Shown here in pieces: positions 36,001 through 48,000 of a stretch of DNA of 64,000 nucleotides; positions within the stretch are counted from its first letter, which is position 1; each line of letters begins with the position of its first letter. Source of the DNA: Haliotis rubra (lineage: Eukaryota); contig NW_025767507.1 of NCBI RefSeq assembly GCF_003918875.1, forward strand, positions 186,001 to 250,000, read 5' to 3'. The translations under genes and the position numbers were made by a program. Below the pieces are notes generated by a model. The model saw only the letters and a list, made by a program, of their open reading frames with translations. It ran no database searches and was not told the origin of the DNA.

Positions 36001-39000
36001 TTGTAAACTGGCGATGAAGGTCGTACGATCGGGCGAACTGTGGAACAGACTAGATGCATGGGGAACGTGAATCTACCGGAACGTTCGCAAAGTTGTTGGA
36101 ATGACAAAGGTAAAAGAAGACCGGCGACCCCAGGAACATTCGTTGGGAAGAGGAAGGCAGTAAACAAGTGCCTGGGGACTGCAGTGACCTCTGAACGGAG
36201 GGTTTAGGCTAAAGTAGAAAACCTGAGTAACCCAAGTTGAAGAGTCTGGGACGTTTCTGTCTAACACCCTCGGTAAGCTGTCTCTCTCGGCTGGTTCACA
36301 AATCCCGACATAATCACTCTTACCGGGAATGGCACCGTTCATCGTCAATGGCGATTAAAGGCTGGGGTTATTATCCGCTGTGTAGGACCAAGACAATTCT
36401 GTCAGTGCACTACACAGTCGCTATCAACATCACAATTCTCCGGTAAACAAACAGTAGTCCGCCATTTGCAATTGTTACCCACAATGCAAAAATCCGGTCA
36501 CAGCCCATAAAAACCGGTAAAGGGATACTCGCTACTTGACAAGACATCACTGCTGGTACCATGCGCAGAAACTTGACCCATCTGTCCAGAAGCTTGCTGG
36601 TGATGTAAAAGGAAGGGTGAGGAAGATGACGAACCAGGCCATGATTGCATCCCGAGATACACCATGACGCTGTTACGAGTTGTCTGTAGTAACAGGTCTC
36701 AGTGAAGCATCAAGCTTGTCTGGTAATGCACAAACGAGTGGTCGGAGAGCTGATATCTTCGTCTGAGGGTAGATTCCTAAACCAAATCATTCATCAAGAT
36801 GAAGATCGGTTGGTAGAATAAATCTGGAACGATATGAGCTCTTGGAGATCCGGGATCATCAGAACGTCAAGTGCCGGCGTAATGTAGATGTGTGCGCTAC
36901 TGACAGCTACTACGTTCGTTGTTTCGACGAAGTACGATTAGGTGTAGTCTGTTTAGCAGACGATCTATCCGGAGAATGCTGAAGCTTAGAGTGGTGTTTC
37001 GATGAAGACCGGTTCGGCGAAAGCTGTTTTGTAGAGAGCAGGTCTATTTCTGGGGAAGGTGGACAGTCCGGCGAAAGTCGAGGTGAAGGGGAGCGGACAG
37101 GCGAAGCGTGATCCGGTGAACTGTGAGTCGATCTGGTAGCCTTCGGCGAAGCAGAAGATCGGGGTAGCTGGACGCAAGAAACACTTCTTTTTGCTGAATG
37201 GGAAGGAGATGGCGAAGTAACCACTGACAGCCGTTGAGGCGAGGTAGACTGGTTCCTCTCAATACTGGATGAACGACGAGAGTGAGAACGGCTTCTGCGC
37301 ATGCGCTGTATGCAGTCAGGCGGAGAGATCAGCTGATTCTTGTTCGAAACAGATAAGCCAGGTTGCCGAGATAACTGGTCCGGAGAACAAGAGACAGAGA
37401 GCGTAGTTCGAAGGTCTCGCTGTGTAGAGGTATCCTGAGGGGTGGTAGCAGGCTCGACAACCACTACCTAGGACGTGGTCGAAGACGAAGGACTCGGGCT
37501 GGAATGCAGGGTTTTACACAGACTTTGAAAAATGGGAGTCATGCTGACTCACAGTATTTATTTTTGGCAGTCATTTTCAATATCTGGCTGTCCATTGGCT
37601 GTCTAAATATAGTGAATGACATACTCAAATGCGATTGGGTGGTATCTTAACCACATTCTAGCATGGCTCTACATTTAGCCACTCCCGTACATTCTGTTAA
37701 TATCACCAGCATTTTCAACACAGTTTGCAATAAAACGAAAGCTATCAGTTTTCTTATCAAATCGATTTTATTGAACTGAATTCTGAGGGTCACTCATAAA
37801 ACCTGCGTCAAGCTTGTCTCGTATGATAATATTTTGAGAGTCTTTTAGAAATGACGCTCTCAAAAAATCCTCTTCATTCGAGGGAGGGGACTGACCGCCG
37901 AGCAGACAAAGTAGGACGTTTAAACTTTCCTTTCTTGGAGGGACTGGGTCCGTTAAGTGAAGCGGCATAACGAGCCCTGTCAGCAACACGACAAGTGCAA
38001 GCCCGAGTGTAGTCACCAAACGCCTCGAAGATAAGATCCTTACATTTATCGCAAAGAGAGTCCCATTAACACTGTCCCATACAGTCAACACAATATCCAT
38101 GTGGATCACTCGCAGAGAACACTTTATTACACCTGGAACATTCTTCCTCTTTTTTGGCTGGTCTACTTTCCCCATGTTGTAGACTTAGTTGACAACGTAG
38201 AGCAAAGCAAAACACGTTCACACTCAAGTGCGACAAGAAAGAGAATGATGATTCGGAGATAGTCACGTGGGTGCTAGTGGTGTATGCCGCATGCTTTGCA
38301 TGACAACTAGGAAGCTGTCTTATAATGAGGGCATCATGGAGTGCATGGGCGGATGGACAACAGAGGCCAAGGGAAAAAAGTTTACATCGTTCCACTCAGT
38401 GTCGAATCAAGAGAGAGAAGTGCATACCGTGAGATAGGATAAGTTTAAAAATTTGTTTGATTCTTAACTCTAAAATATATTCAAGTTATATGAAGGTGAT
38501 GAACAGAGTTCTATGGATATACAACTTCTTTAATATAATATGAGCGATGTTTCGGTGTAGCTACTAACACCGTTATCAAGCAACTAACACAATTATCTTC
38601 CACCATGAACTCTGTTCATCACACCAACTAAAAGAAGTTATATGAAGGTGGCTTGAAAATACAAGTCTGGGCCAGACAATAGAGTGAATAATATCTTGAA
38701 CAGTGTCATGTAGTTGGTGTACGATGACAGTCACTAAGCTTGACCACCTGATCCACACTATTGCTTCTAAAAGAAGCACAGCTTGTTGGGGACCCATTCT
38801 AACCTACAATCATGGGACAAGAACAAATAACATACTTAAGAATCTTGACTGACTGAGTTTGGTTTTACGCCGCTTTTAGCAATATTCCAGCAACATCATG
38901 GCGGCTTAAGAATCTTGAAACTGTAATTGAGTCACTAAGCTGGTCTAACCAGGTTTAAGCATTATTGGTGTAACACCACATGGAGAGTAGGTCTAATGTA

Positions 39001-42000
39001 AATACATTACGATTTGTCAGTGGAGTCGAAGTGACTCTAGTGAAATCCACAAGCCTGGAAGGGCATTGACAAGCTAAGGATCAGGGCAAATATGTGATTT
39101 AAGCAAACATTCAATAGATCCTATTAGTACATGGCTCAGCTAGCTAAAGAGTCTAAAGGTGATTTGGGTCATTAATCAGTCTTAGTAAATTTGGTTCAAG
39201 CCACCCAATACTGCCACTGTTTTGTGAAGTATATCAATCAGGGAGCAAATGATGAAGTTTGGCACTACAATTACAATGTTAAAACACAGAATGAACCTTT
39301 ACACCAGATGGCAGTCCCCTATTAGCTACCCTGATTTCTCCAATATATATACCTCGCCTCTTCAACTTTTGTTGTATCTACGTTATCCGTGTTTAGCTCT
39401 TGTGTGGGTCCATTACCATGCACCGCCTCTGTGGCTAGGGGTTGTGTGGCACTCTGGGGAGAGGGGGAGGATGGACTGGGGGACTTGATCAAACCAGAGG
39501 TTGCCAGAAAGCTGCAAGTAAACAATTTGATGAAGAAGGTTAAATGCAGTAGACGTTTTGTTTCTCAATATAATACAAAAAAAACTCCCCATGGGTGTTG
39601 GGTTGGTTAATAAGCCTAATATACACATCAACACAGTTTAACATGTACTAGGGAGTCACATGGCATTCTTCTTACAACAAATCGGTACTATCAGTGTACT
39701 TGAAGGAACAACATATTTCTCCCGCCTTACAGACTCTGGACCAATGATTCTAACAATTCTATCAACACATGCACAAATCTACAAACATCAATCATGCCTT
39801 GAAACTCAACAATGTACAACACTGACACATTCGAGGACAAACAAGTTCTTGAGATTAAGGAGGGATACAAACAGGGATGCAAGCTAAAGAAATGTAAAAA
39901 CTGGATATGCTGTTAATAGATATCTCCGACAAAAGTTGCTGGTAAACTAACTAAACATATTCAATCTTTGCTTAATCTCGACATGAGGTGCTTTAATGTC
40001 ACAGGCTGTGGATTATTCAGACCCATCTATATTACATTCCTTTCTCATGAAGCCTAAGTATACACAAGTCTATTATGTTTTGTATAACAGACTGAGCCAA
40101 GAAAGCATCATGAAGATATGAACCAGCAGCCTGTCTCCAAAAGGCAAAACAAGTATTGTTAAAAACAAAAGTGAGAGAATGTTGTTTCCACCAGTCAGCA
40201 ACATTGAAGCTACATCATCGCAGCACTGAAGTAACACACTGTGACTACAATTGCCATCTCATATGGTATATATATATATATAGACACAACCTCCACAGCT
40301 GGAAAATTTACACATCCTTAAACATAAGACAAAAATTGTGCTAAGTTGAATCCCTGCACAAAATACTTTATCAGACAACAATCAGAAAAAAGTTTTCTTC
40401 CATGTCATGCCAGCATGCTGAATCAATGCAGATATCTACCGGTAACTGTTTTCATTTCAAATGCACATTAAGCTCTGACATTCAGCTCAAAACCACCACA
40501 GCCACACAACTCACTTTCAGCTAGTTTCTACAATGCTGTTTCTTCACCTAGACACTGTACAACAGCTCATGCAAGACCACAAACATTGACTTACTTCCAT
40601 TTCACTAAAACATACATCATGCTTTAGAAGTTTGGTGTAAAATATACCTTATCATTCATTTTAATACATCAAACTTCAAACATCATTGCAGCCCACCATA
40701 TTGTTTCACCATGTAATTGTTATGACAGGTCACATTTCAGTCTATTTAGCTGCAACTATTTCCAGAATGGGGTATTAAAAACAACCATTGCACTTTTCCC
40801 TCAATATGAGAAACTTGGTGTTGTATAAAGGTGAAAGTGAAGATTACAACACCATAAACCATTGCCAAGTAAATATTTGTTAGCTGCAATATGAATACAC
40901 ATATTGACAATAGGATAGCTGTTGGATACTAAACTAACCGAAATAGTTTCACAACGGTTGGAACAGTAACGTATGTCATGATATCTGTGGAGAAGTACCA
41001 CACCAGATGCGTGCAAATTAGGCTTTACATTTTAGTCAACAAACTGAGAAGTTTTACACAAGATTATTAAAAAATGACTTTTTACGCAGAAGTACATATA
41101 CTCCTGATATTTGTTATGTTTTTTTACGGGCACATTAAGTCCAATCTCAGGCATAATCATGTGCCTAGTTATCCTCGTTTATCAAGAGCTTTTCTGTATA
41201 AAGCTCACTTCAAGAGATAAACATTTGTATGCCATATCGAGCGGAAATGACAGTTCTAAACATAGCCATCTTGTTGAGTTCTTGTAAGACTGAAAATCAA
41301 CTTGTCTAGCTTTTTGACCTGCTTAACTACAAATGGGAACATTCTGATAAACAATCTTCCATGTCTTAATACTCATGTCTTTGGAAACAGTTTTTCCAAA
41401 CAAAGGATCTTTCATTACCATCGTCAGGTTCATTTCCTCTATCAGAATGGAGACTTGCTTGGAGATATAAGCCATATTCTCACTCAAGTGTTATTTCGGA
41501 ATGTTGTTGACCATAAGCTGATGAGGGAGAGAGTTTTGTTTTAGTTGAGAAGGGGTAGAGATTATGAAAACCTGACATCCCAAACACGTTATTGCAGTAA
41601 AGCTATTCTTTTCTGTAACAAAAAATCTGTACTATGAAAAAAAGACCCTGCCAATTTCTTTGTGGGGATAAACTTCATTTACAGATTAGTCTAGAAGCTG
41701 GTCACAGCGCGCTCATTAGAGCAGGGCACTTATTACTGTGGATATGGTCTGTTCTCAATGACCCACAAATGTTTGCTCCAAGCTCTATGACTGACTGAGT
41801 GAGTTTGGTTTTACGCCGCTTTTAGCAATATTCCAGCAACATCACGGCGGGGGACACCAGAAATGGGCTTCACACATTGTACTCATGTGGGGATTCGAAC
41901 CCGGGACTTCGGCCTGACGAGCCAACGCTTTAACCACTAGGCTACCCCACCGCCCCAAAGCTCTATGACAAATAACAAGTTCCCCAAGCAGTGTGTAGCA

Positions 42001-45000
42001 TTGTCGTCCTGTGAAGACTACACTTAAAATATTCCTGTCATATCCAACATAACTCCCCCAAAATATAAAGAAACACATATTTTACTCGTCAGATTTTCTG
42101 TGTTGGAGCAAAATCCTAATTTTGAACAAGATAATGATTCTCCTCCCTCTGATTCAGAGGGAACACTGAACTTGTCAGGGTAAAAAGTATGTAATGTAAA
42201 TGTTAATAATGTGGTATTATCTCTATATACTCTGTGAAATGACAACACATTCAGTATTATTCACAAAAGAACCATGAGTAATACACAACCATGAAAGAAG
42301 CACTGTCATGAAGGCATGACAGCAGTTTGTTGAACACATGAAGCTTAATGATGTGCTCATCAGCAAACACTTCCATTAATAACAGAGCTGACGGCAATCA
42401 ATCATGGTCTCTGAGACTGAGTAGCAGTCATAGCCAGTGGTTGAAACAGGGATGTCCATTATTTAGCTACTACTGCATATCTATTATTCTATTTTAGGGC
42501 TATGACAATGACACTTTTACATTCATTCTTCCTTAAAACTGAATATACTGTTTGTTTTATCATATTCAAATGAACAAAAATATCACAGAAAATATTTCCA
42601 AAAGTGCAAGACCAAACTGATACTCATAAACGGATCTGATAACAAACCACATAAACAATGACGCCTTGTTGGAAAATGTTACAGAAAGACGTGTCAAGAG
42701 ACCCAACACATTCCTAATGAGCGAGCACCCATCACACTATGTCTGTATACAGACAGTGACGACCCCCAAGGATCTGGTAAAAGTAATGGACACCAGATTG
42801 CAACCAGCTCTGTAATCATTCAACATGTTCACTGTAGAGCAATTCACATCACATCCTCGATTATCCAGCATAAAATACCTCCACTTGATCATGATAAATA
42901 TATGCATTAGAACCCTGTTCTGCAAAGCTTCTTGAGCCCCATTCAAATGACAACACAAAAGACAGTGTATTGGCTAGTCTATTTTAAATCAAAGGGAGAT
43001 ATTATACCCTGGAAAATCTAGGCTGCTCACATCCAAGATGATACCAACACCGTAACAACATATGAAAGCCTGGCACTAAATAGTCCAAGAAAGGTATTAG
43101 AAATGTGCAATTCATGCTAAATGTCCTCTTGTTAACTTGGTCAGTGTCTTCAGCCCTTCATGAGCAGCAAAGTGCACAATTAGATGCTTGGTATAAGATT
43201 ACCACATTGTAGGTACACTAAATAATAGAAGCACTGGTGAATGAGCAGTGTCACCGACGACGACGACCATGAGAGCTGGACTCACTTATAGTTTGCATTC
43301 AGGTTGTCTTCTTCCTCAGATATTTCATTTTTTTGTCCTTGACAGGCAAGTAGAAAAAGAAATGGTCCTTTCATATTGTGAAAAAGTACAGGCATTGGTG
43401 GTGCAGTGGAAACTCCAAATGGATACATTTTTGCACCAGCAGAAAAATGTGATAAAGGAGATGTATTTGACACAGAGGTGATAGTAGTTCCAGTTGATCT
43501 CCACTGACATACAATATCTGTAGCATGATTTCTTTGTGGTTTTCAAGCCACAGATCCATTTGCACAGATCAATCATATCACATATATATGCTTAAACAGG
43601 TAACCATGACATTTCCATAACTTTGAACAAATGGATCCAAAGAATTTGCATTAGAGTTGTCATCGGTGAGAATCTGCTTGAATACACTGACCTAATGGTT
43701 TTGCTTGGGGAGCTATCACCTTTTACAGCCAACATTATACAGAACAAAATAAGTGTTCAAACAATGTGACATAATTGTCATGAAAAAATTCTACACAAAT
43801 AACAATATCCGCACATGACAATACAGTATGAAACATCCAGAAATGAACAGCTTGAATAATCTTCATTTGATGATACAATATTTTCTGTCTGGACTGGATG
43901 ATGGATGTAATTTCATCACAATCTAAAATCACCTTCTTGAGTTTTGCATAACAATGAAATCACTGGTATGAACATACAAATCACATACGAACACTGTAGT
44001 GTTGAGATATTCAAGATAAATACCTATCATCTTGTTTGCTCTTGTCCGGGCTTGTTCCTTCAGATATCACCTTATCTGGGGTGGGTTTGGAAGTTTCTTG
44101 TGACTGAACACTTTCTTCAATATTATTTTCACGTGGGGGACTGTAAGAAACAAAATTTAGCTTTCATTTATATAGAACTGAAACCATCAAAGGAAAAAGC
44201 CTTAACTTTATGATGCATGAGAAATAAGGCCAAATGCAGCTTTCATAATATTACAGCAATGTGACAGAGGACACCAACAATTGTTTAAAGTTATCCTCAG
44301 CAGTACTCCATCAATCTAGTGACTCAACTGTTGCCAAGTCCACTCTGGATCATGTTCAGTGCCATGTATCAACAGTTTAGTGAGATTCTTTGAGTCATGA
44401 ATAGTGACAAACAGAAAGAATATGCCAACTATGTTACAGCCAAATGTACTTGTGAGTTTCACCTACCTCGTTGAAGGCGGAGGGGGTGGAGTGTCCTGAG
44501 AGATATCTGATGATTGTGGAGACTGAGAAGAAGCAATAGGAGTTGAAGATTTGGCATCTGTTTTCTGCTCTTCATTCTCCACATCCTCAAGGTCAAGGTC
44601 AGTATGTGGTGATTTCTGATCAGCTTCAAGGTTGTTGCCCCCATGAGGCACCACTAGACAAAAGATTTTGTCTGAAGGTAAGTGGTATTCTCAGAGTATG
44701 GTGTCAATAGTAATGAAGTAATGGAGAGCTCTTAACTTCTTGTATATCTCTCTATACCCAGTATTCACTCATACCACGTAATATATCATTGTGTGTTTTT
44801 TTTTTTAGATATTTAAGAACATCTGCTGTTGTCTTGATCATCACATGAACAAATGTACAACACATCACTAACTTATCTAAGACAACTTCATATTCACAGC
44901 TAGCCGAGTATTTACAATATCAATGATGCAACCAGTCTCATTAAAATCTGATCACTAACCATAAGCACTACCTCTTGTGTTTTCTGATGTATCCATGGCA

Positions 45001-48000
45001 ACTGGAGACGAACTTCTTGGATTTATACGTCTGAAAACAAACAGTACCATAAGTAATAAAAGTCCAAATTAGTTTTAAAATACTCCAGATAAAAGGGTAT
45101 GCTTTAAAGGCCCATCAAGGTTGTCTATTATAGTGGCAGAATTGCAGAGATCAGAAAGCCAATGAGTTTCGTAGCACAAAACAATCTTCCTGCTGTATCA
45201 CAGTGGTTCAATCAACAAAACCCTTGTGATGGCTGTTAAAAGACATAGAGAATGCTTTCATTTCCATTTCAAAGGTCAACTGATCACAACGATGTGCTTA
45301 CCCTTTGAACTGATTTGGCATACTAGAAAAGTCTGCCCAATTTTCTCCATTTTCTTCTGCTGCTTTGGCTGGCTGTGCCCATCTGTCCTGACTCCAGGAA
45401 GCACCTGTCTCCATAGCATCACCAGACTCCATTGGCACATCATCAAAGTTAGCCCAGCCAGCTACACACACACACAAGCAGTCATGGTTAATAGCAAATC
45501 TTATTAACATCAGGAACAGCAACAGTTAATGACTTCTCTACCTTCAAACAGCACAGCATATTTATCAAAGTGAGAGAGTGAGTTTAATATCATTGAAAGC
45601 TGAAAGTTGTGGATGTTTACTGCATGAAACCCTTGAGCATGAGTATGGGTGCTGACAATGAGAAACGTTATTGGGGCAAACAAGAATCAAAACCCACATT
45701 CAACAGTTTCTAGTGTGCCCTTAAGGATGCAATTCTGCTTTTTTGTAGGAAATATTCATGGGAAAATCAAACCAACTATCATTCCTGGTCCATTACCCTG
45801 TATATTACGATTAGTTGTTTATAAAACAGGAAACTGAATTAGTTTTTTTCACTGAATAGGAAACTTACAATCACTTATTGCTATTGGCAGCAAAATAATG
45901 TTTGTCTTCATTTGATCTCCCTTGGAAACACCATACAAATTTGAAGAGGTTTAAGTAATCACCAAATAAATGTGACAGGAAACCCATGTTAGTGAGGACA
46001 AGAATGTTTACAATAAATATTTAATTATTGAGTGATTGTTGTTTCACACCACAGTCAGCAATATTCCAGCTACTGTACAGCAGTTTATCACACCAATGGT
46101 TGATGGCATGATCTTCCTCCTATACTGTCAATGTGTGTCATGTGTGTGTGTGTGTGTGTGTGTGAGTGAGTGAGTGAGTGAGTTAGTTTGGTTTTACGCC
46201 GCTTTTAGCAATATTCCAACAATATCACGGCAGGGGACACCAGAAATGGGCTTCACATATTGTACCCATGTGGGGAATCGAACCCGGCTCTTCGGCATGA
46301 CGAGCCAACACTTTAACCACCAGGCTACCCCACCGCCCCTATACTGTCATGGTATGATGACTCAATCAGCCAAGTCACAAACAATGACCATTAAATTTCC
46401 AGATTATAAACTGGCTCACTGTAACCTATGATCACATATATCAACATATATCAACATACACTTACCATCCACATCCATCTTCTCTGCTTGTTGGCACTGC
46501 GTTATCCTCTGTGGTGAGTTGATCTCTTCCTCGCTGTCTGTGCTGTCCTCCTCTGAACTATCATGGCGGGCTGTCTCCCCTGACAACCTACTGAAATGCA
46601 TACAGACGTTGAACATGTCCTTCAGAGAGTGACAGCTGCTGCTGCATACCACAGCCAGCAATGTGTTTTTGACTCAGGATACCACTCACTCATTCTGTCT
46701 TGTCACAAAGGAGCTCTTTCATGATCTCTTTGTGTATCAGCAGTAACAGAGAAAGTACTTATTCCATAATCTAAGGGAGCTCCCACATGTATCCAACATA
46801 ACATTTTTAGTAAACACAAGTCAATTTAATCAACAAAGGCTTTAGTTCTTTCTGCATCTGTTTCCAATTTTCACATCATACGCCACAATATCCTCATATA
46901 ATTCATCTACCAAAACATCTTGAGGCCCTCCAACCTAATATGGCTACCAAACATTATGCTACCAAAGCACAAGAAAGATTATGGACACCAAAACCAAATA
47001 GTCAGCGTCTGCATAAAAATCAAATTGACTGGATCTACCTATGCCCAAATGTCATCATTTGCCCATTATGTTTATAGTTGCCTAAGGTATTATATCTACA
47101 TCCTATCCTATGATGAGAGATACCACAGATCCTTTTGCCACCACAGTTTCAATGAGATAGAGATAGCGAGTAGGATAGAGATAGAGAATGAGAGGGAGAT
47201 ATGGCAATGTAATACACTAGATATCCGAGAATACAATACACTATATATCTCATGATGACCAGCCCCAAAGCATGGCCACTCTCTGGTACAAAGAAATCTG
47301 ACCTTGATCTGTTTTGCTGAGCAGTCTTGTCAAAAGAAATAGGTTTCTCTTCCCAGATGTCCTCCTCACTGTCATCATCAAACTGCTGGATCTTCTCCTG
47401 CGCAGCCTGCTCGAACATGGTGGAACTTGGATGCTGTAACAAGTGAGATGATTACTGCATACGCACTGGCAGAAGACTGCATTCTCTCTCTTGAACTGCG
47501 TCAAATATGCTTCTGAAATGTTATCATTTGAAGGAAATATTCTCACATTTGTTCAATGTTCTTTAACAGATATATTCATAAAAACATCTACACAATAAAG
47601 CGTTGTTACCATAATGTACTAATATGGTTAATGACTGTAACTGACGGTCATCACAAAACTTGTTTTCAGGTTATTTATACTTGAATTACAGACATCAAAA
47701 TGACTTTAACTAATGCCCACTACAACTGGAAACAAGAATGTCAATCATACCGTTTCTTCGTTTGCCCGAATATTGAAGTCTATACTGGATATTCTCTCGT
47801 TGAAAGGCGAACTGAAATGGATAAAAGGAAATGAGTTATTAATTTTTTGAAATATTTTCAATTAACCAACCTTTGCTCTTTCCCCATAAAGACTGAGTTT
47901 GATGAATAAGTACAATGAACAGAAAATGATACTGAATGATGTGGGCAACATATAAACCAAATTTGACTGATAGAATATAGATTGCAAATTATTTTCCTTC

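Larger units (their letters stand above)
33230..38444 (-). mobile_element. DIRS-type tyrosine-recombinase retrotransposon #1 (degenerate), in last PPP6R3 intron
   Basis: ~200-bp ITRs (33230-33430 / 38241-38444), ICR at 33501-33542; gag Zn finger [13 protein letters not shown] (~38070-38150) plus SR-rich tract; RNase H (FLDAS..G, HINEL); MT remnants ([17 protein letters not shown]); YR ([32 protein letters not shown]). Confidence 0.93.

Noticed and set aside
36910-37464. 184-aa Ser/Arg/Pro-rich ORF resembling an SR protein
   Set aside because: Lies between the DIRS ITRs downstream of the gag Zn finger; best explained as low-complexity gag.
42320-42370. CUGAUGA followed by a hairpin on the minus strand
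   Set aside because: No GAAA after the stem, so no hammerhead core.
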